Below, piece by piece: positions 9,523 to 20,554 of a DNA stretch of 62,225 bases (position 1 is its first letter; each line of letters opens with the position of its first letter). The position numbers and the translations under genes are program-made. The notes under the pieces are model-generated. The model was given only the letters and a program-made list of their open reading frames with translations. It searched no databases and was not told the DNA's origin. The stretch is from positions 1 through 62,225 of the forward strand of contig JALHMH010000027.1 in the NCBI GenBank assembly GCA_022844165.1, written 5' to 3'. This DNA is from Lysobacterales bacterium (lineage in GTDB: Bacteria > Pseudomonadota > Gammaproteobacteria > Xanthomonadales > SZUA-5).

Positions 9523-10476
9523 TCAGGGCACCTTATTTGCGGCGCACGCCTCGTTTGTCGGCAAAGTCAGGCTACGCACCGGCACAGTGCCGTTGCCAAA
9601 ACTCGATGTGTAGGTGAACGTGCCAGCATCGCAGCTGGTGAAGCGGATCGTGATCCGGCCCCAACCGGTGTTCGTGGTGACTTGATTGGGATTGAATGCC
9701 GCACCGAATTGACCACCGGTACTGATCTGCATCGGTACTTCAACGCTACTGGCGCCGAAAGGAAACGACGCGATGCCGTTCATCCAGATCTGCCGGCCCT
9801 CGTGGAAGTCGTACCAGGCCACCAGCATTTGAGGATTTCCCTCGACGCCGTCCACACGAGCGACTTCGAGCAAAAAGCCCTTTCCAGAGTTGGCTGGGTC
9901 GAACCACGCGCCTGTATGCAAAGGCAATATCGGGAATTCGCCGGGCGCAACGCGCGCCATACGTCGCACGAATGGAATCCGAATTGGTTGCTCGGTACCG
10001 CCGATGATTGTCAGGGCATTAATGTCGGCCAGCGTCTTGGTACCAAACACCATGCGACCGAACACCGTGAAGTTAGGGTTCAAGCTCGCGTTGGTGCCGG
10101 TATTGATGAAGAAATCGGTCGTCGCGCTATTGACGTTGGGCGGACTTCCAGACAGCGCCATCGCAATCGTGCCTGGGGTATTGAGCAGGCCGTTGTTGCG
10201 TTCGCTCGCAATCGCAGCTCGGCGCACGATTGCAGCGCCGTTCTCCCGGAACCCACCACCTTGCACCACAAAGTTCGGTACTACGCGGTGCAATAACGTG
10301 CTGTTGTAGGTGCCGTCTTCGACATAGGACAGGAAGTTGTTTACAGTGTTCGGTGCCCGCGTCTGGTCAAGCTCGACCAGGATCGGGCCGCGGTCGGTGT
10401 CCATCAGAACCCGCGGGTTTTGTGCTGCCAACTTACCTGCCGCCGCCAGTGCGACAACCGCAAACCATAGACGCAT
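9523..10476 (-). CDS. secreted cyclophilin-type PPIase with extra C-terminal beta domain
   Basis: Signal peptide; APNTVNNF, HRVVPNFVVQGGG, GTIAMA, FFIN, TVFG; C-terminal GAWFDPANSGKGF domain. Confidence 0.85.
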   Translation of the reverse strand: MRLWFAVVALAAAGKLAAQNPRVLMDTDRGPILVELDQTRAPNTVNNFLSYVEDGTYNSTLLHRVVPNFVVQGGGFRENGAAIVRRAAIASERNNGLLNTPGTIAMALSGSPPNVNSATTDFFINTGTNASLNPNFTVFGRMVFGTKTLADINALTIIGGTEQPIRIPFVRRMARVAPGEFPILPLHTGAWFDPANSGKGFLLEVARVDGVEGNPQMLVAWYDFHEGRQIWMNGIASFPFGASSVEVPMQISTGGQFGAAFNPNQVTTNTGWGRITIRFTSCDAGTFTYTSSFGNGTVPVRSLTLPTNEACAANKVP

Positions 10477-10634
10477 TAGGATTGCCCATCCTTGGAAAGC
10501 CGCCGAGCATACGGCGTGCACGGCCATTCGCGAACCCGAAGATGGCCCACGTCAGGACGAATCCTGCCACAGAGTCAGCAGCAAGCAGGTTAGTCGACTA
10601 GACTTGAGGCTCGCTTGCTACCGGACTGTCCGCC

Positions 10635-13600
10635 ATGAGCACCCAGCCAAAGCTCGCCGTCGTCAACCCGGCAATCGACCATTCGACGCCGCTGCGTTTT
10701 GTCACAGCGGCCAGTTTGTTCGATGGGCACGACGCCGCAATCAACATCATGCGACGTCTGATCCAGGCACAGGGTGCGGAAGTCATCCACCTGGGACATA
10801 ACCGCTCCGTGGAAGATGTCGTTCGTGCGGCGCTGCAGGAAGATGCCGACGGCATCGCACTGTCCAGCTACCAAGGTGGCCACAACGAGTACTTCCGCTA
10901 CATGGTCGACATGCTTCGCGAGCGCGGCGCGGGTCATATCCGGGTGTTCGGCGGTGGCGGCGGCACGATCACGCCCGAAGAGATCTCGGCGCTGCACGAC
11001 TACGGCGTAGAGCGCATCTACCATCCGAACGACGGCATGCAGCTTGGTCTGGTAGCGATGATCGAAGATCTGATTCGCCGCACCTGGCGATCGCGCCACG
11101 CGCGTTCGCGGGATGTCGATCCCAAAGGACGCGAGATTGCGATAGGGCGCGTATTGTCCGACATCGAATCGGGAAACATCGCTGACGGCGAACTGATCAG
11201 CCTGCGCAAACAGTGGCAGTTGGCAGGCGGGCGAGTTCCCGTGGTAGGCCTCACGGGCACCGGTGGCGCCGGCAAGTCCAGCGTCACGGACGAGCTGCTG
11301 AATCGTTTCCTGGCGTACTTCCCCACCATGACCATCGCAGTGATTTCGGTCGATCCGACACGCCGCCGCAGTGGCGGTGCCTTGCTCGGCGATCGCATTC
11401 GCATGAACAGCCTGCGCAACTCGCGGGTGTACATGCGTTCAATGGCGACGCGGCGGCAGAACGTGGCAACCAATGCGGTTCTGAAAGACTGTATCGGGTA
11501 TTTGAAAAGCCTGAGTTTCGACCTGGTGCTGGTCGAGACGGCCGGTATCGGTCAGAGCGACTCGGAGATCGTCGATCTGGTGGATTTCCCGATGTACGTC
11601 ATGACCAGCGACTACGGCGCGCCGAGCCAGCTTGAGAAGATCGATATGATCGATTTTGCCGAGTTGATCGTGCTCAACAAGTACGACAAACGGGGTGCCG
11701 AAGACGCGCTGCGCGACGTACGTAAACAGTGGAAGCGGAATCGAACGCAGTTTCAATTGAAAGACGACGAAGTGCCGGTGTATCCGACGATTGCCAGTCA
11801 GTTCAACGATCCCGGTGTCAGCTGGATGTTCGTCAATTTGTGTCGACTGCTGAAGGGCAAGCTGGCTGGAATCGGCAATGCCCGCTGCGACTTCGCACCG
11901 AGTCTCGACACCAGCTTGCGCGAGCCGCGAGCCACCGTGCTGATTCCGGGCGCGCGCGTACGCTATTTGTCGGAAATTTCAGAACAAGGCCGCGGCATCA
12001 ACCGGCGCATCGAAGCGCAAGTGCGGGCCGTGGCCAGGGTCGAGGGTTACTATCGAGTCCTGAGTGAAATGGACGAAGAGCGGCGGCCTGAGCCACTTCA
12101 GCTCTACGATGAAAACGACTTGTTGATGCCTGAGGTTGCCAAGGCCGAAACGCAGACGGTGCGCGCCGATCGCAGTAGTTATGTACTGTCGGATGAGGAA
12201 CTGGACAATCTGTCGAATGCGCGCGCGGTGAGAGTCATGCGCCAGCGCTACAACGACGCGCTGCGAGCGCTCGACTCGGAGGCGGTGCAGCTACTTCAAT
12301 CCTGGCCCAAACGTTTGAAGTCGATCGTCGACGATCAAACTGAATACCGGGTTCGAGATACGCGAATTGCCGTCGAGAACTATCGTGAGTCCCTTTCGCA
12401 TCAGCGAATCCCGAAAATCGCGGCGCCGACGTTCGGAGATTGGGGCAGTTTGTTGCGGTTCTTGATGAAGGAGAACCTGCCCGGCGGTTACCCTTACACA
12501 GCCGGAGTGTTTCCGTATCGGCGCAGCGGCGAGGACCCGACGCGCATGTTTGCCGGCGAGGGCACGCCTGAGCGCACCAATCGGCGTTTCCACTACCTCT
12601 CGCAGGGCCAGCCGGCCGCCCGGCTGTCGACGGCCTTTGACTCCGTCACGCTATACGGCGAAGACCCGGCGATTCGCCCGGATATCTTTGGCAAGATCGG
12701 CAACTCTGGCGTATCGGTCGCGACGCTCGACGATATGAAGAAACTCTACTCGGGTTTCGATTTGTGCGATCCGGCGACCTCGGTGTCGATGACCATCAAT
12801 GGTCCGGCACCGATCATCCTCGCGATGTTCATGAACACCGCGATCGATCAACAGGTCGAAAAACATCTGCGCGAGGACGGCAAACGTTGGGAAGCGGCGC
12901 GGTCCCGGCTCGACGCTTGGTTCGATGGGAAAGCGCGCCCGCAGTACGCCGGGCTGTTGCCCGATGGAAACGATGGTTTGGGTCTGGGTTTGCTTGGCGT
13001 AACGGGCGATCAAGTTGTCGACGCCGAAACCTACGCGAGAATCAAAGAGGCCACGCTGCAGCAGGTTCGCGGCACCGTACAGGCCGACATCTTGAAGGAA
13101 GACCAGGCGCAGAACACTTGCATTTTTTCGACCGAATTTGCGCTCAAGATGATGGGCGATATCCAACAGACCTTCGTCGAAAAGAAGGTTCGCAACTTCT
13201 ATTCGGTCTCGATTTCCGGGTACCACATCGCCGAGGCTGGCGCGAATCCGATTTCGCAGTTGGCATTCACCCTCAGCAATGGCTTCACGATCGTCGAGTA
13301 CTACCTGGCCCGAGGAATGAGCGTCGATGATTTCGCGCCCAACCTGTCGTTCTTTTTCAGCAACGGTATGGACCCGGAGTACACCGTCATCGGCCGCGTT
13401 GCGCGGCGCATTTGGGCGCGCGCCATGCGCGAACGATACGGCGCGAGCCCGCGCAGCCAGATGCTCAAGTACCATATTCAAACCTCCGGTCGTTCGCTGC
13501 ACGCGCAAGAGATTCAGTTCAACGACATTCGCACGACGCTGCAGGCGCTGTATGCGCTGTTCGACAACTGCAACTCGTTGCATACCAACGCCTACGACGA

Positions 13601-14171
13601 AGCCATCACCACGCCGACAGAAGAGAGTGTGCGCCGTGCGGTGGCGATCCAGCTGATCATCAACCGAGAACTCGGACTGAACTTCTGTGAGAACCCGTGG
13701 CAGGGCAGTTTCATCGTCGATTACCTGACGGATATGGTCGAAGAGGCAGTGTACAAAGAGTTCGATGCGATCAGCGAACGCGGGGGAGTACTTGGTGCGA
13801 TGGACACCATGTATCAGCGCGGCAAGATCCAAGAGGAGTCGCTGTACTACGAGCACAAAAAACACGACGGTTCGCTGCCGCTGATCGGCGTCAATACCTA
13901 CTTGCCGAAGGACCATGCAGGCGAAGTGGCGACAACCATCGAGTTGATTCGTTCGACTGACGCCGAAAAGCAACAGCAAATCGACAATGTCGGTGCCTAT
14001 CAAGCGGCGCGAAATAGTGTTGCCGCGGAGGCAATGAAGCGCTTGCAGAACGCGGCACGCGCTCGGCAAAACGTTTTCGCCGAGCTATTGGAGGCGGTCA
14101 AGACTCATAGCCTTGGGCAAATCAGCCACGCACTTTACGACGTGGGCGGCGAGTACCGACGGAATATGTAG
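10635..14171 (+). CDS. icmF: fused isobutyryl-CoA mutase / MeaB-like GTPase
   Basis: B12-binding [25 protein letters not shown], mutase [27 protein letters not shown]. Confidence 0.95.
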   Translation: MSTQPKLAVVNPAIDHSTPLRFVTAASLFDGHDAAINIMRRLIQAQGAEVIHLGHNRSVEDVVRAALQEDADGIALSSYQGGHNEYFRYMVDMLRERGAGHIRVFGGGGGTITPEEISALHDYGVERIYHPNDGMQLGLVAMIEDLIRRTWRSRHARSRDVDPKGREIAIGRVLSDIESGNIADGELISLRKQWQLAGGRVPVVGLTGTGGAGKSSVTDELLNRFLAYFPTMTIAVISVDPTRRRSGGALLGDRIRMNSLRNSRVYMRSMATRRQNVATNAVLKDCIGYLKSLSFDLVLVETAGIGQSDSEIVDLVDFPMYVMTSDYGAPSQLEKIDMIDFAELIVLNKYDKRGAEDALRDVRKQWKRNRTQFQLKDDEVPVYPTIASQFNDPGVSWMFVNLCRLLKGKLAGIGNARCDFAPSLDTSLREPRATVLIPGARVRYLSEISEQGRGINRRIEAQVRAVARVEGYYRVLSEMDEERRPEPLQLYDENDLLMPEVAKAETQTVRADRSSYVLSDEELDNLSNARAVRVMRQRYNDALRALDSEAVQLLQSWPKRLKSIVDDQTEYRVRDTRIAVENYRESLSHQRIPKIAAPTFGDWGSLLRFLMKENLPGGYPYTAGVFPYRRSGEDPTRMFAGEGTPERTNRRFHYLSQGQPAARLSTAFDSVTLYGEDPAIRPDIFGKIGNSGVSVATLDDMKKLYSGFDLCDPATSVSMTINGPAPIILAMFMNTAIDQQVEKHLREDGKRWEAARSRLDAWFDGKARPQYAGLLPDGNDGLGLGLLGVTGDQVVDAETYARIKEATLQQVRGTVQADILKEDQAQNTCIFSTEFALKMMGDIQQTFVEKKVRNFYSVSISGYHIAEAGANPISQLAFTLSNGFTIVEYYLARGMSVDDFAPNLSFFFSNGMDPEYTVIGRVARRIWARAMRERYGASPRSQMLKYHIQTSGRSLHAQEIQFNDIRTTLQALYALFDNCNSLHTNAYDEAITTPTEESVRRAVAIQLIINRELGLNFCENPWQGSFIVDYLTDMVEEAVYKEFDAISERGGVLGAMDTMYQRGKIQEESLYYEHKKHDGSLPLIGVNTYLPKDHAGEVATTIELIRSTDAEKQQQIDNVGAYQAARNSVAAEAMKRLQNAARARQNVFAELLEAVKTHSLGQISHALYDVGGEYRRNM

Positions 14172-14176
14172 GTGAG

Positions 14177-14339
14177 TTGCTGCAGGCGCTCGTCAACAAC
14201 CCACGTCGCACTCAGGATTTGGAAGACATTCGCAACCTGATGCGCACTCATGGTCCATCTTTGGATCATTCAGCATTGCGCAGCTACTTTAGGTTATTCG
14301 AGAAAGAATCGCTGTTGTGAGCAACTCCTCGCAGATTGA
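14177..14339 (+). pseudogene. C-terminal remnant of a nucleotidyltransferase-like protein
   Basis: LQALVNNPRRTQDLEDIRNL..YFRLFEKESLL with no N-terminus; tail EQLLAD in a shifted frame; family call from recall. Confidence 0.45.
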
Positions 14340-14490
14340 CGTGCCGATTGTGGTGTCGGGTGGTATCGCCAGTGCGCCCGAGTACGACGATCCGATGGAA
14401 GCGCTGTTCGATCTGATGGATTTGGTGAACGAGCTCGCGCCGTCAATGCCACAAAAGCCGCCGACGCTCGGCGATCACTTCCGGTTGTGA
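14317..14490 (+). CDS. small hypothetical protein (57 aa), likely partner of the upstream remnant
   Basis: GTG overlapping upstream TGA; DPMEALFDLMDLVNELAP. Confidence 0.45.
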   Translation: MSNSSQIDVPIVVSGGIASAPEYDDPMEALFDLMDLVNELAPSMPQKPPTLGDHFRL

Positions 14491-14498
14491 CGCGGTCG

Positions 14499-14774
14499 TC
14501 AGCCGAACTCTTGTTCCAGGTACTTGCGGATTTCTTGCTCGATCGCAGACTTGATCGGCAGCAGCAAGAACGAGATGTTTGCCGATACCTTGACTTCGTC
14601 ATCGGTAACCGCGATTTCGCCCTCGACGCCGGGACGGGAGAACTCAAGTGTGTTCTTTTGCCATTGCGCCTGGACTTCAAAACGTTCCTGAATTTTCTTT
14701 GCGACCTTGTCGACAGCCTTCTTCGCTTTCGCAGCGCCAAGGTTGTGATCGCGCTGAATGCGAATGCTGGCCAT
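14499..14774 (-). CDS. polyhydroxyalkanoic acid system family protein
   Basis: IRIQRDHNLG, W..NTLEFSRPGVEG, FLLLPIKSAIEQEI. Confidence 0.8.
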   Translation of the reverse strand: MASIRIQRDHNLGAAKAKKAVDKVAKKIQERFEVQAQWQKNTLEFSRPGVEGEIAVTDDEVKVSANISFLLLPIKSAIEQEIRKYLEQEFG

Positions 14775-14840
14775 AGAACCTCGCTACTTTTGCCCGAGAC
14801 GCGATTATGATCAAAGACCTGGCGAAATGGGGAGCGGTCG

Positions 14841-16067
14841 ATGCGAACAATCTGCGCGTTTTGTCTGGCCTTGCTCGTGTGGGATGCCTTTGCGCAATCC
14901 GTGGATGCCAGGTCGCCGCCGAAGGACGACGAAATATCGACGGTTGGCTTCGATCGCACCGGCACGCACGAACCTGCCGCCGATCCGTTGGCTCGCATTG
15001 CAGATTCGAACCCAGCACCAGTCGCGCCGGAAACCGTAGATGTTCCGCCCGCGGCCCCGGCCTCGAAGCGGCGTGTATCGAGTATCGAAACGGCGACTTC
15101 GATTGCGCAACCGAAGGCCGGGCAGGCGGCCATCGGGGTGATCGAGCCCGCTGCGCCGGCAAGGCCTGAGAAGCTCGCCGAACCGGTGCCTTCGGAATCA
15201 GAAGTTGCGCCCGCGGTCAGCGCTCCCGCTGCATTGCAGCCGAAAGCTGAGCCGTCGACCACGAGGCCCGTAAACCCGACGCCAGTAAGTCAGGAGAATC
15301 CGACAAAGTCCGTATCGAAAGCGATACAAGCCGTCGTGGCACCGAAGCCGACAGCAAGCGCGACGGCGGTTTCGAACGCCGAAACTGGTACGGCGCCAGG
15401 CGCATCTGCGACACCCGTCAAGCCGGTAGCACCACCGAAACCACCGCCACCACCGCTGACCACCATCCGCGGGCAATTGGCGTTGACCACGGGTGGAAGG
15501 CCGTTAAGGCCTCAGGAAGCAGTGGATGCCGTGGTCTATTTCCGCTCGTCGATATCGATGCCGGTCGTTGCGCCGCAGCAACCGTATGTGATGCTTACCG
15601 AACGCAAAGCATTTATGCCTCGCGTGTTGCCGGTACCTGTTGGTGCGACAGTCCGTTTTCCGAACAACGATCCGATCCTGCACAACGTGTTCTCGACAGC
15701 GAAAGAGGCTAATTTCGATCTGGGCTTGTATGGGCGCGGCGACGGCGAGTCGCATACGTTTACGCAAGCGGGTGTGATTCGCGTGTTTTGCAATGTACAC
15801 CACGCGATGGTTGCCCATGTGCTGGTGATGGACACGCCGTATTTCGTGAAGCCCGATGCCCAAGGTCGGTTTCGGTTGAGCAACGTGCCGGAAGGCTCCG
15901 GAGAGTTGTTCGTTTGGCACGAGCGCTCGCAATTGTGGCGTCGGGCCTATGTTGCGGGCAAAGACGGCGACGTGACCGTGCCGTTGGAACTGTCAAAGCG
16001 TAAAATCCCGCCGCATTTGAATAAGTTCGGACAGCCGTATCGTCGAAGCCGGCCGGACGAGTACTAG
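14841..16067 (+). CDS. secreted Pro/Ala-rich linker + cupredoxin/carboxypeptidase-regulatory-like protein
   Basis: Signal peptide; FPNNDPILHNVFS, FDLGLY, FCNVHHAM (H,C,H,M type-1 Cu ligand pattern). Confidence 0.8.
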   Translation: MRTICAFCLALLVWDAFAQSVDARSPPKDDEISTVGFDRTGTHEPAADPLARIADSNPAPVAPETVDVPPAAPASKRRVSSIETATSIAQPKAGQAAIGVIEPAAPARPEKLAEPVPSESEVAPAVSAPAALQPKAEPSTTRPVNPTPVSQENPTKSVSKAIQAVVAPKPTASATAVSNAETGTAPGASATPVKPVAPPKPPPPPLTTIRGQLALTTGGRPLRPQEAVDAVVYFRSSISMPVVAPQQPYVMLTERKAFMPRVLPVPVGATVRFPNNDPILHNVFSTAKEANFDLGLYGRGDGESHTFTQAGVIRVFCNVHHAMVAHVLVMDTPYFVKPDAQGRFRLSNVPEGSGELFVWHERSQLWRRAYVAGKDGDVTVPLELSKRKIPPHLNKFGQPYRRSRPDEY

Positions 16068-16084
16068 AGAGGCGGTCTGCCAGG

Positions 16085-16410
16085 GCGAACCATGTTCGTC
16101 CAGGGGTCGAGCATGAAAGTGTTTGATCCATGTGGAGCGAGTCCGGACCTGCGCCGGACCAGTGACGTTCAGAAGGTGCAGGAAAGCACTTTCTCAACAT
16201 CGGACTGGCGTTCTTGACGGAGCGGGAATTGGAGTTGAGTTTTTACCAAGGGGCTTTGGTATAGCAGGCTGTTGAGAAACAGCCTGCGGGCGCGAACCAT
16301 GGATGGTTCGCACATGGGTCGAGCACGTAAGTGCTTGATCCGTGGAGAGCGAGTCCGGACATGTGCCGGACTCGCGATTTGAGAAACGCACAGGAAGTGC
16401 GTTTCTCAAC
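16085..16410. repeat. two diverged ~115-bp palindromic repeat units (REP/MITE-like)
   Basis: GCGAACCATG..GGGTCGAGCA..TTGATCC..GAGCGAGTCCGGAC..GCCGGAC..CAGGAA..TTTCTCAAC at ~16085-16198 and ~16292-16410; perfect hairpin GCAGGCTGTT-GAGA-AACAGCCTGC at 16264-16287. Confidence 0.75.
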
Positions 16411-16442
16411 AACGTGATAGAGCCCTTGATTTAGCGGGCGAG

Positions 16443-16563
16443 GACCGGCGCTGAGACACTGCCAGGCGTGTGCCGCGACTTGCCTGGGCCGGGCAGGTTG
16501 GGATGGGGTTAGGATAGACTGGGTTCTCCGCAGGATCATGGCCGCACAACTTTCGTTTTTTGC
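16443..16563 (+). repeat. dispersed ~120-bp element upstream of the kinase gene (copy A)
   Basis: Aligns by eye with the reverse complement of 47238-47356 (GGTTGGG..GGGTTAGGA..GGGTTCT..GATC..GCACAACTTTC.TTTTTGC). Confidence 0.7.
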
Positions 16564-16612
16564 GGGTGGCTTTCAGCGAAACGAGTTCACTGATTGGGAG
16601 CAGTAACGAACC

Positions 16613-19402
16613 ATGAAATCGGCCGGGTTCAAGATTCCATTGGCGGCGCGGATATTTCTCGCGAGTGCGTTGCTTGTGGCGATTGCGGTCGCTCTTGCGG
16701 CCGTTGTCACGCTGCAGCAAGGCAAACGCAGCGGCGATCGCGCGGTTTCCGAGAACTTGATCGGCGCCGGGCAAACGCAGGCATTGCTGGAGCTAAGTGT
16801 ATTCAACCAACTCGACGTGATCGCGCTTTCGCTCTCGAAAGACGCCGATTTCGCTCGCTACCTGGCGGCTGCAACCGACGATGGGCTGGGGCTGGGTCAG
16901 AACGACGAACCACCCGGTCTCGACGATCCGCCCAGTCTCGACGATCCGTCCGACAGTTCTGAAACGCAGACCGAGCCCGAAAGTGAGCCGGCGCCGCAGC
17001 CAGCGCCAGCGATCGACAGTGGATCAGTGTCCGACCTTCTCAAAGAAATGAGCGAAGCGTTTGGCTTCAGGTTCGGCATGGTGCTCGATTCCGCTGGGTT
17101 CGTTGTTGCGCGTACCGACGAGCGCGAGGCATTCCAGGATAGTTTTGCCGATGACCCGTTGTTTGCTACCGTGATCAGCGATCTGGCTGGCGTCACCGGC
17201 TATTGGCGCGATGGCGTCAGTTTGTACCAGGTTTCGGTGCGTCCAATCGGGTTGCAGGATGAACTGGTGGGTTTCATCATCGTTGGCAAACCCGTAGATG
17301 CCAGCGTCGCGACCGAAGTCAAAGGAGCGTCGCGCGCCGATGTTGCCTATTGGTTGTTGGACGGCGAAGAACTCCGCGCTGTTGCCAGTTCGCTGTCGGC
17401 CGATGGCGAGGCCAGTCTCAGGCAATCTTTGGTTCCGCTCAAGCCACAAGCCAAAGCGATGCTCGACAGCGGGGTTGGTATCGATCGCCTCGATGTCTCG
17501 ATCGCTGGCCAGAAATATGCTGGCGCATTAGCACCAGTATTCGGTCAGCCGGGCCAGGCCGTTGGTGGTGTGCTGACGCTGACATCCGTTGACGAAGCAA
17601 TGGCGCCGTTCGTGAGTATCCAGAATGCCGTGATGATCGGTGGTTTGATTGCCTTGGCGCTAGCGCTTGCAGTGTCCTGGTGGCTGGCACGGCGAGTGCT
17701 GCGTCCGGTTGCCGATTTGACAGATGTGGTGGAACAAGCCGCCGGCGGCAACTACTCGCAAGAGCTCGATATCGCAGGTAACGACGAAGTCGCGCGCCTC
17801 GGGCGTGCGTTTGGCCTGCTTTTGAGCGATCTGCGCGAAAAGAAAGACATGGAAGGTTATGTAGGCCATGTGTCGCGGTTCTTGCCTGACCCGATCAGTG
17901 AGGAACCCGCTGCGCCAGCGCGGCCTGCCGCGAAGCCGGCGACGCGCCGCGATGCCGTTCTGGTGGGATTGGAGTTGCGCCGTTTCTTAAAGTCGCCGAC
18001 CAAAGGCGAAGAGGCGATTACTCTGACCGCACTTGGGCAGTTGGTGGAAGAGGCACTGACAAGAGCCAGTCTTGCGGGAGGCGAGTTACTTGAGCAGGAG
18101 GGACCGCGCCTGCTTTTCGCGTTTAGCGGCGAGGCACCCGAACTTAGGGCTCTGGCGACGGTGCACTTTTGGATGGATGGTCGCCTGGGTGTCGCCGAAA
18201 ATGGCGCAGCGGCGGCAATTGCCGCGGGTGAGATCGTGCACGGATCGCTGCCGTCGCGCCCCGAGTCGACAGCGACGATTGGTTTGCCCGTGCTGCAGGT
18301 AGAACGGCTTCTGGCAGAAACGCCAATGGGCTCAACGCTGCTGGCGCCTGCGCTCGGCGAAAAGCTCAAGGCCATTGGGCAAATGGGTGTGTTGAATGTG
18401 GCCAATGGTCAATCGAGTGGCAAACGGTTTCTGGCCATCGAACGCGAGGGACTGGCGGTACTGGCGAAAATCGCACCGGGCTTGTCGCAGCCAACGCAGG
18501 CGGCGGGCTCGATGCTGAATGCGACGCTGATTCCGGGCGCAACGGTCGGTTCGCCGAGCGATCACGCCTCAACGCGTCTTGCCACTGGCATGCGCTTCGC
18601 GGGACGCTACGAAATCCTCGCCATTCTCGGGGCCGGTGGCATGGGCATGGTGTACAAGGCCCGCGATGTCGAGTTGTCGGACATCGTGGCATTAAAGATG
18701 TTGCGTCCCGGAATGTTGGTCGATGCCGAACAGTTGGATCGTTTGAAGAGCGAACTGAAACTCGCTCGCAAGATTACCCACCCGAATGTGCTACGGACTT
18801 ACGACTTCGGAGACTTTCAAGGCGTACCCTACATCTCGATGGAGTATGTTCGCGGTCTGACGTTGCGCCATTTGTTGCAGCAGGCTGGCAAGCTGCCGTT
18901 CTCAGCAGCGCTCCGAATCGCGCGTCAGTTGTGCATGGGGCTGGACGCGGCGCATCAGGTGGGCGTCATCCACCGAGATATCAAACCCGAGAACATCATC
19001 ATCGAACAAAGCGGCAATGCCAAGTTGATGGACTTTGGCATCGCTCGGCCGGCACGTCGAGCCGATCCGGGTCACACGCAACCTGGCACTTTCCTGGGCA
19101 CGCCGAATTACGCCTCGCCGGAGCAGTTATCCGGGATGGATCTTGATCAGCGCTCGGATATCTATTCGACCGGTGTCATGTTGTGCGAGATGTTCTGCGG
19201 CAAGCTGCCGTTCACCGGCGGCAATACAATGGAGTTGTATGTGGCCCATCTTCAGCAGCCGCCGATCAAGCCCTCGGAGCTGTGGACCGATATTCCCAAG
19301 CCGCTTGAGGAGATCATCCTCAAGTGCCTGGAGAAGAAACCGTCTGATCGTTATGCAGCCGCGTCCGACTTGCTCGTTGGACTATCGGTGTTAAGAGCGT
19401 GA
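16613..19402 (+). CDS. membrane sensor Ser/Thr protein kinase (periplasmic sensor-HAMP-degenerate cyclase-kinase)
   Basis: Two TM segments, HAMP (RPVADL..GNDEVARLG), intact kinase LGAGGMGMVY, VALK, HRDIKPEN, DFG, GTPNYASPE. Confidence 0.9.
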   Translation: MKSAGFKIPLAARIFLASALLVAIAVALAAVVTLQQGKRSGDRAVSENLIGAGQTQALLELSVFNQLDVIALSLSKDADFARYLAAATDDGLGLGQNDEPPGLDDPPSLDDPSDSSETQTEPESEPAPQPAPAIDSGSVSDLLKEMSEAFGFRFGMVLDSAGFVVARTDEREAFQDSFADDPLFATVISDLAGVTGYWRDGVSLYQVSVRPIGLQDELVGFIIVGKPVDASVATEVKGASRADVAYWLLDGEELRAVASSLSADGEASLRQSLVPLKPQAKAMLDSGVGIDRLDVSIAGQKYAGALAPVFGQPGQAVGGVLTLTSVDEAMAPFVSIQNAVMIGGLIALALALAVSWWLARRVLRPVADLTDVVEQAAGGNYSQELDIAGNDEVARLGRAFGLLLSDLREKKDMEGYVGHVSRFLPDPISEEPAAPARPAAKPATRRDAVLVGLELRRFLKSPTKGEEAITLTALGQLVEEALTRASLAGGELLEQEGPRLLFAFSGEAPELRALATVHFWMDGRLGVAENGAAAAIAAGEIVHGSLPSRPESTATIGLPVLQVERLLAETPMGSTLLAPALGEKLKAIGQMGVLNVANGQSSGKRFLAIEREGLAVLAKIAPGLSQPTQAAGSMLNATLIPGATVGSPSDHASTRLATGMRFAGRYEILAILGAGGMGMVYKARDVELSDIVALKMLRPGMLVDAEQLDRLKSELKLARKITHPNVLRTYDFGDFQGVPYISMEYVRGLTLRHLLQQAGKLPFSAALRIARQLCMGLDAAHQVGVIHRDIKPENIIIEQSGNAKLMDFGIARPARRADPGHTQPGTFLGTPNYASPEQLSGMDLDQRSDIYSTGVMLCEMFCGKLPFTGGNTMELYVAHLQQPPIKPSELWTDIPKPLEEIILKCLEKKPSDRYAAASDLLVGLSVLRA

Positions 19403-19499
19403 CGGACGCCATGACGTGCGCCGATTCGCAGCGGCGAGTCAATCTGTGGGTAAGCGGCAAATTGCAGACGGTCATTGGGATCAATCTCGGGGAGCCCAA

Positions 19500-20543
19500 A
19501 TGAGGAAGGCGATCGCGATATCGTTAACGCTGTTGGCCACTGGCGCATCAGCTCAGGATGGCAGTTGGAACTACTACGGCGACCTGCGGCTGCGCGCTGA
19601 GCGCACGCAAGATATCCCGGCGCGCAGTGACGATATCGAGCGCCTGCGGTCGTTCCTGCGGGCAGGTGCTCGTTACAGCAACGACAGCGGGTTCGAGTTC
19701 GCTGCCGCAGGCAAACTGGGGCTTGGCAGCGATGATAACGACGACAACGTGCGCAATCTGGACAATGAGCGATCGGATTCGGGAAGTATCGATGAGTTGT
19801 ACGTGGCGTGGCAGGCCAGCGAATCGACGCGCGTGCAACTGGGCAAGGCGCGCAACCCTTTTGTCACGACCGCGCTGACCTGGGATCGCGATCTGCGGCC
19901 GATTGGCGCGTCAATCGAGTATCAACGATCGGTGCGTGATTTCGACGCCTTCTATTTCACCGGCGGCTATTTTGCGGGCGATCATTTGTATAGCGACGAC
20001 TCGAAATTCGCCGGGCTGCAGATTGGCTATGGCTGGATGGAAGGCGCCGAGACCGGATTCTCGACGTTTCTTGGCTATTTTGACTACAGCGATCTGGAAA
20101 CTGCTGCACGCAATGGCTTAGGACGCACCAACCGGCGCACTGGCGGTTTGTTCGTGTCCGATTTCGACCTCCTGAACTGGCAGTTGACAGGCCGGACGCC
20201 GCTGGCGGAGAAGCCACTCGTGGCGCGCATCGATCTGGTGCGAAATCTGGGTGCCGATGACCAGCGCGATGGTGCTCGCTTCTCGGCTGTTTGGGGGGAT
20301 GCTGAAGGTATCGGCGGTTGGGAGCTCGGTTATTCGTATCAGCGGCCGCAGCGCGATGCAGTTTTGGCCTATTTTGCTGAGGACGATTGGTGGTTCCACA
20401 GCTTTGCGCGCGGATACATGCCTTGGGTTGCATACGGCTTCGAACGTGGGATCAGCTTGCAACTGTCGGCATTTGTCGAGCGCCGCGATGGAATCGATGA
20501 AGAAACCACGCGTTTGCTCTTCGATGTGCGCAAGCGCTGGTAG
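19500..20543 (+). CDS. putative porin / outer-membrane beta-barrel
   Basis: Signal peptide, GDLRLR, WDRDLRPIG, alternating aromatic strands, terminal W. Confidence 0.75.
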   Translation: MRKAIAISLTLLATGASAQDGSWNYYGDLRLRAERTQDIPARSDDIERLRSFLRAGARYSNDSGFEFAAAGKLGLGSDDNDDNVRNLDNERSDSGSIDELYVAWQASESTRVQLGKARNPFVTTALTWDRDLRPIGASIEYQRSVRDFDAFYFTGGYFAGDHLYSDDSKFAGLQIGYGWMEGAETGFSTFLGYFDYSDLETAARNGLGRTNRRTGGLFVSDFDLLNWQLTGRTPLAEKPLVARIDLVRNLGADDQRDGARFSAVWGDAEGIGGWELGYSYQRPQRDAVLAYFAEDDWWFHSFARGYMPWVAYGFERGISLQLSAFVERRDGIDEETTRLLFDVRKRW

Positions 20544-20554
20544 TCTTCGTTCTC

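Noticed and set aside
12651-14069. Long antisense ORFs (also 20369-21988, 14294-15262, 29081-30034)
   Set aside because: Shadows of real high-GC genes on the opposite strand
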